Shown piece by piece: positions 10,771 through 20,418 of a stretch of 64,000 bases of DNA (position 1 is its first letter; every line of letters begins with the position of its first letter). A program made the position numbers and the translations under genes. Under the pieces are notes generated by a model that worked only from the letters and a program-made list of their open reading frames with translations, had not been told where the DNA came from and searched no databases. The DNA lies in the NCBI GenBank assembly GCA_963745025.1, contig CAVUWD010000016.1, forward strand, positions 1,056,001 to 1,120,000, given 5' to 3'. Source of the stretch: an uncultured delta proteobacterium. GTDB taxonomy: Bacteria > Desulfobacterota > Binatia > JACPRU01.

Positions 10771-12101
10771 ACGAGGCGATCCTCGAACGCTTTCGGCAGT
10801 CCGTGGAGGACGAATACCACGCTCGCACCGCGCGCTCTCGCGCGCTTTTCGATGAGGCGCGCGATGCGATCGCCGGCGGCGTCACGAGGGGCACGAGCTT
10901 CTGGCGGCCGTACCCGATCTTCGTGGAGCGAGGCCAGGGTTGCCACCTGATCGACGCCGACGGGAACCGCTATGTGGACTTCAACGGGAACTTCACCGCG
11001 GCGCTGTGGGGGAACGATCCGCCGTTCCTCGTCGAAGCGATCCGTGAAGCGGCATCTCGGCTGCTGGCGGCGGGCGCCGCGACCGCGAGCATCGGGGAAT
11101 GGGCTCGCCTTCTCCGCGATCGATATCCGGCCGTCGATCTCGTTCGCTTCTGCTGCTCGGGGACCGAGGCGGTGATGTTCGGCTGCCGCGCCGCGCGTGC
11201 TGCATCCGGACGCGGCAAGATTCTGAAGCATCGCGGCTCGTATCATGGGACGACAGACGCGATGGAAGCAGACATGCCGACTTCTCAGGTCGGCATTGCT
11301 CCACACGCGGCGTCGGACATGATCTATGCGGACTTCTGGGATCTCGAGGAATGCGAAAGACTGCTGCGCGAGCACCGGGACGAGCTCGCCGGGATGCTCT
11401 TGAACCCGATCTGGTTCTCGCGCGAGAGCGGGCTCCTTCCCGAGCTCGCCGGTCTCGCTCGAAAGCAGGGTGTCCTGGTCATCGCCGACGAGGTCATGAG
11501 CTTTCGCTACGCCACGGGAGGCGGGCAGGAGTACTTCGGCTTCGACGCGGACATAACGGTCTTCGGGAAATCGATCGGCGGCGGCGGCCTCGCGGTGGGC
11601 GCCTTCGGCGGACGGGAGGCGATTCTGCGGCTCTTCTCGCCGCTCGACAACCCATCCCCCGTCCACCACTCCGGCACGTTCGCGGCCAACCCGATCACCG
11701 TAGCCGCTGGCATCGCCGCGCTCCGACACGCGACCCCTGAGCTTTTTGCCAGACTCAATGCGCTCGGGGAGCGACTCCGCAAGGGCTTTCGCCAAACCTT
11801 CGAGCGGCACGGCGTCCGCGTCGGCATGCGCGCAGAGGCCTCGCTGATTCTGCTCCGGCTCGGGACGCTGGGGCTACGCTATGGCGCGCCCGAAGAGGGG
11901 CCGGCCGCCGAAGTGAAGCGGCTCTTCGGCCTCGAGCTCTTGAACCGGGGGCTCTTCACGCCCGCTGACGCCTTCATCTGGGCCATCTCGGCGCCGATGA
12001 GCGAGGCCGAGGTCGACCAGGCGGTCGCGACCGTCGCAGAAGCGACGCGTAAATTCCTGCCGTTGTTCGAAAGCGTCGCGCCGGAGCTTTTGCGAAGTTA
12101 A
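10767..12101 (+). CDS. Class III aminotransferase, glutamate-1-semialdehyde aminomutase-like
   Basis: DADGNRYVDF, SGTEA, YHG, IADEVMSFR, FGKSIGGG, HSGTFAANP. Confidence 0.9.
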   Translation: MNEAILERFRQSVEDEYHARTARSRALFDEARDAIAGGVTRGTSFWRPYPIFVERGQGCHLIDADGNRYVDFNGNFTAALWGNDPPFLVEAIREAASRLLAAGAATASIGEWARLLRDRYPAVDLVRFCCSGTEAVMFGCRAARAASGRGKILKHRGSYHGTTDAMEADMPTSQVGIAPHAASDMIYADFWDLEECERLLREHRDELAGMLLNPIWFSRESGLLPELAGLARKQGVLVIADEVMSFRYATGGGQEYFGFDADITVFGKSIGGGGLAVGAFGGREAILRLFSPLDNPSPVHHSGTFAANPITVAAGIAALRHATPELFARLNALGERLRKGFRQTFERHGVRVGMRAEASLILLRLGTLGLRYGAPEEGPAAEVKRLFGLELLNRGLFTPADAFIWAISAPMSEAEVDQAVATVAEATRKFLPLFESVAPELLRS

Positions 12102-12213
12102 GGCATGGAGAACGACGCGAACTGGATGAAGCAACAGCCAGGGTACATGGCCGCACTTGGCGCCGGACGGGGCCACGCTGTCAAAGAAGCCTTCGCATGA
12201 TACACACGGCGCA

Positions 12214-13116
12214 ATGAGCGAGCCGGCACTCGAAACCGTGCCCTGGATGGACCGCACCGTGGAGCTGCCCGGCCGCGGTCACATGCCCGTGCGCGAAGTC
12301 CGGGGCCCCGAGGGGGCGCCCACGCTGGTCCTGCTCCATGGGCTCGCGGCCACCGGCCGGCTCAACTGGGCGACCTGCGTCCCCGCCCTTGCCCGACGCT
12401 TCAACGTCGTCGTGGTCGACCACCGCGGCCACGGTCACGGCATCCGCACGCAACACTTTCGGCTGGTCGATTGCGCCGACGACGTCATCGCACTCGCCGA
12501 CGTGCTGGGCATCGCGTCGTTCGTGGCCGTGGGCTACTCGATGGGCGGGCCGATCGCGGAGCTCTGCTGGAGCCGTCACCCCGACCGGGTCCGCGGCCTC
12601 GTCCTGTGCGCCACGGCCAAGCATTTCGTGCGCCCCGAGGCGCGCGGGGTCGCGAACGCCGTGATTCCGGGCATGGTGGTCGGCGCGCGGCTTTTCCCAG
12701 AATTCTTTCGCGACCGCATCGTCGACGGCATGCTGCGCGATCTCCCCGCCGGGCCGCGGCGCGATCTCGTCCGGCGCGAGATGCTGGCAATGGACGTAGC
12801 CACCGTCTTTCAGGCGGCGCGGGCGGTGATTCGCTTCTCGTCGCGCGACTGGGTCTCACGCATCGACGTGCCCACCGCCGTCGTCGTCACCACGCGCGAC
12901 GGCCTGGTGCCGACTCCGCGCCAGTACCATCTCGCCGCCGCCATTCCCGGCGCCAGGATCTTCGAGGTGGACGGCGATCACCTCGCCTGCGTGCGAGCCC
13001 CAGACAAGTTCGTCCCGGCGCTCGTCCAGGCGTGCGAGTATGTGACCACCGCGGCGGCTACGGCGCCGGCCCGCGAAGCCGAAGCGAGGGAGGGGGAGCC
13101 CGCAGTCGTCTTATAA
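12214..13116 (+). CDS. Alpha/beta hydrolase
   Basis: LLHG, DHRGHG, GYSMGG nucleophile elbow, GDH. Confidence 0.9.
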   Translation: MSEPALETVPWMDRTVELPGRGHMPVREVRGPEGAPTLVLLHGLAATGRLNWATCVPALARRFNVVVVDHRGHGHGIRTQHFRLVDCADDVIALADVLGIASFVAVGYSMGGPIAELCWSRHPDRVRGLVLCATAKHFVRPEARGVANAVIPGMVVGARLFPEFFRDRIVDGMLRDLPAGPRRDLVRREMLAMDVATVFQAARAVIRFSSRDWVSRIDVPTAVVVTTRDGLVPTPRQYHLAAAIPGARIFEVDGDHLACVRAPDKFVPALVQACEYVTTAAATAPAREAEAREGEPAVVL

Positions 13117-13289
13117 TCTCAGGTAATGACGACTCAGCCGTCTATGGTTCGTACCCTCCGGATCACTCGGATCGCAATGCAAGGGCGTCGCAGCTCAAGC
13201 AGTAGGTAGGCAGCCTCGCGCCCACGCACGACGTTGCGGGGCGAAACGGTTCCAAGATTCGCGCTGCGCGAAAGAAAGGAAGGGGCAAG

Positions 13290-14084
13290 ATGTCACTCGA
13301 CGGCAAGATCGCGATCATAACGGGGGCGGCGCGCGGCATCGGTGCGGCGACGGTCAGTTTGTTCGTCGAACGAGGCGCGACGGTGATCGCTTGCGACAAA
13401 GATGCGGCGCCGCTCGACGCGATGGCGGCCGGACTGCGCCAAGGACGTGTGGTCACGCTGGCCGCGGACGTGACCGAAGAGGCAGCCAATTCGCGACTCG
13501 TGGACACGGCGCTTGACCGCTTCGGCCGGCTTGATGTCGCCTTCTTCAATGCCGGCGTCGCCGGCGACCTCGCACCCACGCACGAGTATCCGAACGAGGT
13601 CTTCGATCGCGTGATGCGGGTGAATTCGACCGCGGTTTTCTTCGGATTGAAACACGCGATCCGAGCGATGTTGGCCGGCAGCGGCGGCTCGATCATCTGC
13701 ACCTCTTCCGTGCAGGGTTTACAGGCCTGCGGCTACACGATCGCGTATACCGCCTCGAAACATGCCGTGATGGGCATGGTGCGCACCGCCGCTCTCGAGT
13801 ATGCGCGCCATAATATTCGTGTGAACGCCGTGAACCCCGGGACCACCGATACTGAAATGATGAAATACGTGCACGATACGCTCGCCCCGGACGACCCTGC
13901 GAGCGTCCGAGCGGGCTTTGCGGAGGCGGTCCCGATGGGCAGGTATGCGCGCCCGGACGAAATAGCACGCATGGTCGCGTTTCTCGCGTCGGACGATTCA
14001 GCTTACATCACAGGGATGCCCCACTGTGTCGCGGGCGGGATGGGAGCGAACTGGGCGCCGCCGATGCAATTGCCTGCGAAATGA
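13290..14084 (+). CDS. SDR oxidoreductase
   Basis: TGAARGIG, NAG, YTASKHA. Confidence 0.92.
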   Translation: MSLDGKIAIITGAARGIGAATVSLFVERGATVIACDKDAAPLDAMAAGLRQGRVVTLAADVTEEAANSRLVDTALDRFGRLDVAFFNAGVAGDLAPTHEYPNEVFDRVMRVNSTAVFFGLKHAIRAMLAGSGGSIICTSSVQGLQACGYTIAYTASKHAVMGMVRTAALEYARHNIRVNAVNPGTTDTEMMKYVHDTLAPDDPASVRAGFAEAVPMGRYARPDEIARMVAFLASDDSAYITGMPHCVAGGMGANWAPPMQLPAK

Positions 14085-14183
14085 GGTCTGGCGTACCGGC
14101 GTGAACAGCAGCGGCGGTATCCGGGCCCGGAGACTCTCCTTCCTGGTTTCGCGACCGCCGCCCTTGCGGAGTCAGGATCGACC

Positions 14184-15179
14184 ATGGCGGTCGCGTCGCT
14201 CTCCTCGCCTCTGGGCTGGCTTCGCGCCTGGCTCGTTGTCGTCGCGTGCCTTGTCTCGATCGGGGCAGGAACACCCGCGCCCGTGGTCGAAGACATCCGC
14301 AAGGAAGAGGGGCCGTTCGATCTCGGGAGACAACGGTTTGCGGTCATCCTGCACATGAAACACCTCGCGGGCCAGAGCACGGCGGCGGCCTCGGACTTCC
14401 AGGAAACCCTCGCCGGGATGGAGATCAAGGACGCGCTGGAAAAGGTTCACTACCACAAGAACTTTCCTTACGAGGTGTCGGGAAACCGATTCGTCGAGAC
14501 GACAGAAGCCTCGGCACAGCTTTTGCGGGGCAAGCAAGGCCGCTGGCTGCTCATCACATACGGAACCCTGCCGTCCACCCCGCTCGGAGGCGAGTCCTGG
14601 CAGGTGTTCGGTCTCTTCGCCGGCCCGCCCTCGGCGCCCCTGGCCGGCAGGCTCGTGCCCTTCAGCAAGCCGATCTTCGCCGAGGGGCAGCTCATCAACG
14701 GTAAGCCGGGGAAGAAGGTCGTAGACACATCCCAGGAACCGAAGCTCCAGGGGGACATGCTGCACTTCCGCGTTTGGGCGGGGAATTTCTTCGTGATCAT
14801 CCCGCTGCGGATCCTCTGGTTCCAGAACACGATCGGACCGGCGTGGCGCTGCGTCAAGATGACAGCGCGCGGACCGCGGCCGGTCTGCGAGGTGAAGGTC
14901 GAGGCCGAGCGGCATCCCGCCGACGAGGACATGACCTTCGTGCGGCTGCATTCGGAAGCCGGCGATGACACGGACGTCGCGCAGCACGTGGTGGTGAAGA
15001 AAGACTCAAAGGTCGCGTTCCTGTCCGCCGAGACCGAGGTCGTGTGGAAGGAGCACGCCGACAGTGTCGGCCTCGGCGTCTCGGACGACGTGTGGCTCAA
15101 GGTCCAGATTGACGGCAGGGAAGGCTGGATTCACACCCAGGAAGATCTTCAAGCAATCGGGTTGCCCCAGGCGGGCTGA
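14184..15179 (+). CDS. Secreted hypothetical protein with SH3-like C-terminus
   Basis: N-terminal hydrophobic segment; WLKVQIDGREGWI. Confidence 0.7.
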   Translation: MAVASLSSPLGWLRAWLVVVACLVSIGAGTPAPVVEDIRKEEGPFDLGRQRFAVILHMKHLAGQSTAAASDFQETLAGMEIKDALEKVHYHKNFPYEVSGNRFVETTEASAQLLRGKQGRWLLITYGTLPSTPLGGESWQVFGLFAGPPSAPLAGRLVPFSKPIFAEGQLINGKPGKKVVDTSQEPKLQGDMLHFRVWAGNFFVIIPLRILWFQNTIGPAWRCVKMTARGPRPVCEVKVEAERHPADEDMTFVRLHSEAGDDTDVAQHVVVKKDSKVAFLSAETEVVWKEHADSVGLGVSDDVWLKVQIDGREGWIHTQEDLQAIGLPQAG

Positions 15180-15181
15180 GC

Positions 15182-16462
15182 TCAGAGCAGGCCGAGCACG
15201 TCATCCAGGGTGGCAAGCAGGAGGTCGGCGTTGGCGCGCGAGAACGGCAGCGGCGGGCGCATCTTGAGCACGTTGTCGAATTGGCCGATGCGGCCCATGA
15301 GTACGCCGCGGTCCTTCATGAGATTGATGGCGCGGTGACTCTCTTCGGTGGCCGGTTCCTTCGTCGCGCGATCGCGCACCAGCTCGACGCCGATCCACAG
15401 GCCATGCCCGCGGATGTCACCAATCATCGTATGCCGCTGTTGCAGGCGGGCGAGGCCGGCGCGGACATAGGCGCCGACTTCGCGCGCGTTATCGATCAGG
15501 CGTTCACGGTCAAGCACGTCAAGCACGGCGTTGCCTACCGCGCATGACACCGGGTTGCCACCAAAGGTGTTGAAGTACATGACCCGGTCGCGAAACTCGT
15601 TGATCAGATCGGCGCGTGCGACGACCGCTGCCAGCGGGTGCCCATTCCCCATCGGTTTGCCCATCGTCACGATATCGGGCACGACGCCGGCCAGTTCGTA
15701 ACCCCACATGCGCCCGGTGCGGCCGAATCCGGCCTGAACTTCGTCCGCGATGAACAGACCACCGGCGGCGCGTACGCGCGCGACGGCCTTCCGCATGAAG
15801 CCCGGTGGTACGTCCGGTAATCCTTCGTTGGCGAACACCGAACACAGAAGCATCCCGGCAAAACCAACGCCGGCCTCTGCGAGGCTGCCGATGGCGCGGT
15901 CGACTTCGGCGACGTAGGCGTCGGCCAGCGCTTCGCCTGCGAGCCCGCCGAGCGGTCGATAACTGTCCGGAAACGGGATCGCCCGCACGCGCGGGCTCTG
16001 CTTTACCCGGCCGTGGAAGAGCGGCGAGATTTCGTCTACCGCGGCGGTATTGCCGTGATACGTCAGATTTGTACAGATCACACCTTCGCCACCGGTGTGC
16101 AGGCGCGCGATACGCAGGGCCTGATCGTTGGCCTCGCTGCCAGTGCACACGAACATGACCATCGACAGCGATGGGTCGAGCCGGGCCACGAGGCGTTCCC
16201 CGTAGTCGAGTATGGTTTCGTGGAGATACCGGGTATGTACGTTCAGCGTCGCCGCCTGGCGGGCCAGCGCAGCGACCACGTCCGGGTGACAATGGCCGAC
16301 CAGCGGCACGTTATTGTAGACATCGAGGTACACGCGGCCGGTGGCGTCGTAAAGCCACACGCCCTCGCCGCGCACGATGTGCAGCGGTTCCTCGTAAAAG
16401 AGCGGCGCCCTGGCGCCGAGCAGGCGCGCCCGACGCGCCATCAGATCCGCATGTGTGCTCAT
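15182..16462 (-). CDS. Class III aminotransferase fold, phospho-amino-alcohol phospho-lyase-like
   Basis: YLDVYNNV..VGHCHP, TGSEAND, YHG, ADEVQAGFGR, MGKPMGNGHP, YFNTFGGNP. Confidence 0.85.
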   Translation of the reverse strand: MSTHADLMARRARLLGARAPLFYEEPLHIVRGEGVWLYDATGRVYLDVYNNVPLVGHCHPDVVAALARQAATLNVHTRYLHETILDYGERLVARLDPSLSMVMFVCTGSEANDQALRIARLHTGGEGVICTNLTYHGNTAAVDEISPLFHGRVKQSPRVRAIPFPDSYRPLGGLAGEALADAYVAEVDRAIGSLAEAGVGFAGMLLCSVFANEGLPDVPPGFMRKAVARVRAAGGLFIADEVQAGFGRTGRMWGYELAGVVPDIVTMGKPMGNGHPLAAVVARADLINEFRDRVMYFNTFGGNPVSCAVGNAVLDVLDRERLIDNAREVGAYVRAGLARLQQRHTMIGDIRGHGLWIGVELVRDRATKEPATEESHRAINLMKDRGVLMGRIGQFDNVLKMRPPLPFSRANADLLLATLDDVLGLL

Positions 16463-16683
16463 GATGCCTGACGCGCGCGCTGTTCGATCCTCGCCTTGAT
16501 GCGCGTCTGCCAGCGCTCGTGAACGCTCGCCCCAAGACCGAGCGGATGCCCCGGGCAGTCGATGCGATGTGACGTCGGACGCCAATCGGCTTGGAAAGCC
16601 GGGTTACTCAGATCATCGAAAGCCATCCCCGGGCTCGCATCGATGAGGATGTCATGGCTGATTTCGAGGCGACTGCTCCCCAT
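16459..16683 (-). pseudogene. SRPBCC-like fragment
   Basis: ISHDILIDASP..AFD..SNP...W N-terminal pattern; only 74 aa. Confidence 0.35.
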
Positions 16684-16706
16684 GGACTAACGCTCAGCGA
16701 CCATGC

Positions 16707-17474
16707 TCAGGCATCGATCGCTTCGAGGGTTTCCGGCAGGATCTGGCCGCCATCGACGATGATGGTCTGGCCCGTGATGTATCCGGCTTCCTTCGATGCG
16801 AGAAACAGGGCCGCGTTGCCGACGTCCTCGACGGTGCCAAGCTTTTTCATGGGGATCGATGCCGCCATGGTCTTCAGATAATCCTCGCCGAGTCCGGTCA
16901 GGCCCTCGGTGATGATATTGCCGGGCAACACCGCGTTGATGGTGATGCCGTAGCGCGCAAGTTCGATGCACGCGGTGCGCATGAAGCCGAGCTGACCCGC
17001 CTTGCTCGCGCCGTAATGACTCCAGCCCGGGAAGCCAGTGACGGGGCCCGTGATCGAAGAAGTGAGCACGACACGTCCCTGGTCGGATTGCTTGAGCCAG
17101 GGCAGGCAGGCCTTGATCGAGAGAAAGCTGCCCTTGAGGTTAGTCGCCATGACCGCGTCCCACTCGGCCGGGTCCATGCTTTCGATTTTGGTCTGCGGAA
17201 ACATACCGGCGTTGGCACACAAGATGTCGATGCCGCCGAAGGCGGCAGCTGCGGCAGTCGCCATCGCCTGGCAGGCTCCCCAGTCACTGATGTCGGCCGC
17301 GAAGCCGCGTACGCCGTTGCCCAATTCGCGGGCGCAGGCCTCGGCCCCCTCGATCCTGCGAGAAACGACCATGACCCTGGCACCCTGCCGCGCGAATACG
17401 CGCGCGATCCCCTTGCCGATGCCTTTACTGGCGCCGGTGACGACGACCGCGCGACCACTGATGGGTGTGAACAT
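16707..17474 (-). CDS. SDR; 1-amino-2-propanol (aminoalcohol) dehydrogenase-like
   Basis: TSSITGPVTGFPGWSHYGASKAGQLGFMRTA..INAVLPGNIITEGL..DGGQILPE, as recalled for Rhodococcus/Mycobacterium aminoalcohol dehydrogenases. Confidence 0.8.
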   Translation of the reverse strand: MFTPISGRAVVVTGASKGIGKGIARVFARQGARVMVVSRRIEGAEACARELGNGVRGFAADISDWGACQAMATAAAAAFGGIDILCANAGMFPQTKIESMDPAEWDAVMATNLKGSFLSIKACLPWLKQSDQGRVVLTSSITGPVTGFPGWSHYGASKAGQLGFMRTACIELARYGITINAVLPGNIITEGLTGLGEDYLKTMAASIPMKKLGTVEDVGNAALFLASKEAGYITGQTIIVDGGQILPETLEAIDA

Positions 17475-17613
17475 GACTCGTAGTACCCCCTGGGAATGCC
17501 GGCCGCCACGGTGCGCCGACCGGCGCCCGTACCTGACCGGATCGCACCATACCCGATGCAAACGCCGGAGCGAAATGGTGTAATAGATCGCTTCGTCCGC
17601 GGGCTATCTCGAT

Positions 17614-18627
17614 ATGGGTTCTCCTTTTGATGCACTGAGTGAAGCGGAGCGTATCCGGCATCTTGGCGAGGTCGCGGCGCGCGCGGTGCCCTATTGGGGT
17701 GTATCGCCGGACGCGCGCCTAACGCTGCTGAACATCTCGGAAAACGCGACCTATCGCATCGACGATCCGGGAGCCTCGGAGCCGCTCATCCTGCGTGTCC
17801 ACCGCACCGGCTATCACACGCGCGACGCGGTGCGCACCGAGCTCGCCTGGATGAAAGCGCTCAAGGAAGAGGCCGGCATCGAGACGCCGCAGGCGATACC
17901 GGCCCGCGATGGCGAACTCATCGGGAGCGTAGCGACGCCGGCGCTCGACGAAGAGCGCTTCGTCGTCATGTTTGCGTTCATCAAGGGGCGGGAACCGGAC
18001 GCTGATGACCTAGCCGAGCCATTCAAACGCTTGGGTGCGATTGCCGCGCGGATGCACCGCCATGCACGTGGCTGGCAGCGACCGCCCTATTTCGAACGCC
18101 TGGTCTGGGATTTCGAGGGCAGCGTGGGCCGCAACGGAAACTGGGGCGACTGGCGCGAGCGGCTCGCGCTCGATGCCGAACGTATCACCGTACTCGAGGA
18201 GACGTCCGCGCTCATCGAGCAGCGGCTTGCCCGTTTCGGTCAGGGCCCCGATCGCTTCGGCCTCATTCACGCGGACCTGCGTCTGGCGAACCTGCTGGTG
18301 ACGGACGACGACACCCGCGTGATCGACTTCGACGATGCTGGACTTGGCTGGTTTCTTTACGACATCGCGACCGCGGTCAGCTTCATGGAGGAGCGCCCGG
18401 ACCTCGACGATCTGCTGCGAGCCTGGGTCCACGGCTACCGCACGGAAGCGCCGTTATCGGCCGAAGAGGAGGCGGAGATCCCGACTTTTCTCATGTTGCG
18501 GCGACTCGCCATCGTCGCCTGGATCGGCTCCCACTCGCAAACCGATCTCGCCCGCGAACTCGGCGGATCTTTCGCCGAGGGCAGCGTCCGCCTCGCGCGC
18601 AAATACATCGAACGCTTCAAACCCTGA
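17614..18627 (+). CDS. APH-family phosphotransferase (aminopropanol kinase-like)
   Basis: SENATY, LRVHR, GLIHADLRLANLL, IDFDD. Confidence 0.85.
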   Translation: MGSPFDALSEAERIRHLGEVAARAVPYWGVSPDARLTLLNISENATYRIDDPGASEPLILRVHRTGYHTRDAVRTELAWMKALKEEAGIETPQAIPARDGELIGSVATPALDEERFVVMFAFIKGREPDADDLAEPFKRLGAIAARMHRHARGWQRPPYFERLVWDFEGSVGRNGNWGDWRERLALDAERITVLEETSALIEQRLARFGQGPDRFGLIHADLRLANLLVTDDDTRVIDFDDAGLGWFLYDIATAVSFMEERPDLDDLLRAWVHGYRTEAPLSAEEEAEIPTFLMLRRLAIVAWIGSHSQTDLARELGGSFAEGSVRLARKYIERFKP

Positions 18628-18655
18628 ACGGCCCTCGATCCAGGGGGAGGCCTTC

Positions 18656-18835
18656 ATGAAAACTCTCATCACTGGAGGAACGGCCTGCTCGGCAGGGAGT
18701 TTCTCGCGAACGTGTCGGATGCCGTGGTTCTAGGCCGCGATCCGACTTGGGCTACACCGGTTCGCGATGTCGTCGACTACGCCGAGCCGCTCGGCGCCCT
18801 CGGTTTCGTCGCACATCGACTCTTCGTCCGGCGCA
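18656..18835 (+). pseudogene. Fused relic: TIGR01777-type epimerase N-terminus plus SRPBCC C-terminus
   Basis: MKTLITGGT../LLGREFL..VVLGRDP, then VRDVVDYAEPLGALGFVAHRLFVRR. Confidence 0.5.
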
Positions 18836-18866
18836 GTAGGCAGTCGAGGCCGCAAGCGAGTCGCGG

Positions 18867-20306
18867 ATGAGGACCATCGTCTGGTTCCGCGGCAAGGACC
18901 TGCGCCTCTCGGACCATGAGCCGCTCCAAGACGCGGTCGACACCGGCGAGGTCATCCCCCTGTTCGTGCTCGACCCCTATTTCTTCGCACCCGCCCGCGC
19001 TCGCGAGCTCCCGCACCGAATGCAGTTCCTACTCGATTCGCTTCGAACTCTCGAAGCGAATCTCTTGGCACGCGGCTCACGCCTGGTCGCCGTCTCGGGC
19101 AAGAGCGTGGAGGTCGTCCCACGCCTCTGCAGAGAATGGAAAGCCGATCGAGTCGTCGCCCAGCGATGGGTCGAACCCTTCGCACGCGAGCGTGACCGGC
19201 GAGTACGCGAGGCCCTTGGCGCCAAGTTCGAGTTGTACGAGGGGGAGACGCTGCTGCCGCCCGGCACTTTGCGAACGGGCGCCGGAAGTCCCTACTCGGT
19301 GTTCAGCCAGTTTGCCCGCGTGTTTCGCGAGACGGCGATGATCGGCAAGCCGCTCCCGGCGCCGCGTGCTTTGCCATCGGTGCCGAGAGACATCCGAGCC
19401 CGCGCGACCGTGATTCCGACCTGCGAAGATCTCGGCATCGGGCGCAACGCGGCCATCTTGCCCGCGGGAGAGCAGGCTGCGAACGCGCGTTTGCGGCGGT
19501 TCTTGAGGCAAGTAGCGGCCGCGTATCCAGAGCACCGCGATCGAATGGACCTTGCCGGCACGAGTCGACTGTCGGCGGACCTCAAGTTCGGCACCGTCTC
19601 CGCTCGTCAGGTGTGGACCGCGGTGGAGAAGGCGCTCGATGGAACCAGGGCCGCGCGATCCTTCTTGAACGAGATCGTCTGGCGCGAGTTCACCCACAGC
19701 ACCCTATGGGATCGGCCCGAGCTGCTCGAGAAGCCTTTCCGCCCTGCGTTCCTGGGCTTCCCCTGGAAGTATGACGAGGCCCTGTGGCAAGCCTGGGTCC
19801 TCGGCAAGACCGGATATCCCATCGTAGACGCTTCAGCTCGCCAACTCCTCGGCGAAGGCTTCGTTCACAACCGCGCGCGCATGATCTCCGCGAGCTTTCT
19901 GACCAAACACTTGCTCATCGACTACCGACGCGGCGAGGCCCACTACATGAAGTACCTCACCGATGGGGATTGGGCGCAGAACAACGCGGGCTGGCAATGG
20001 TCCGCCGGATGTGGCTGCGACGCGCAGCCCTACTTTCGGATCTTCAACCCAATCACGCAGGGCGAGAAGTTCGATCCGGAGGGCGACTATGTTCGCCGCT
20101 GGGTACCAGAGCTGAGTAGGATGCCCGCCCGCTACATTCACCACCCATGGGAGGCCCCCGACGCCGTGCTGCGTGACGCCCGGGTTCGACTGGCTGAGAA
20201 CTATCCACCGCCCATTGTCGAGCACCGGTTCGCGCGTGAGCGGTTCCTCGCACTGGCGGCGCAACACCTGAAGCGCAATGCCGGTCTCCGCTGGACCCGG
20301 ATGTGA
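18867..20306 (+). CDS. phrB: Deoxyribodipyrimidine photolyase
   Basis: WFRGKDLRLSD, TSRLS, EIVWREF, GKTGYPIVDA, HNRARMI, WQWSAG, FRIFNP. Confidence 0.95.
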   Translation: MRTIVWFRGKDLRLSDHEPLQDAVDTGEVIPLFVLDPYFFAPARARELPHRMQFLLDSLRTLEANLLARGSRLVAVSGKSVEVVPRLCREWKADRVVAQRWVEPFARERDRRVREALGAKFELYEGETLLPPGTLRTGAGSPYSVFSQFARVFRETAMIGKPLPAPRALPSVPRDIRARATVIPTCEDLGIGRNAAILPAGEQAANARLRRFLRQVAAAYPEHRDRMDLAGTSRLSADLKFGTVSARQVWTAVEKALDGTRAARSFLNEIVWREFTHSTLWDRPELLEKPFRPAFLGFPWKYDEALWQAWVLGKTGYPIVDASARQLLGEGFVHNRARMISASFLTKHLLIDYRRGEAHYMKYLTDGDWAQNNAGWQWSAGCGCDAQPYFRIFNPITQGEKFDPEGDYVRRWVPELSRMPARYIHHPWEAPDAVLRDARVRLAENYPPPIVEHRFARERFLALAAQHLKRNAGLRWTRM

Positions 20307-20418
20307 CCTCGGACACTTGACTCCGAGGGACATCTCGGCAGGGATACCAAATCGAGGCCAGAATCTAACCCCTCGACCTGTCCGAAGATCGGGACGGGGA
20401 CACGATCAACGGGGCGGC

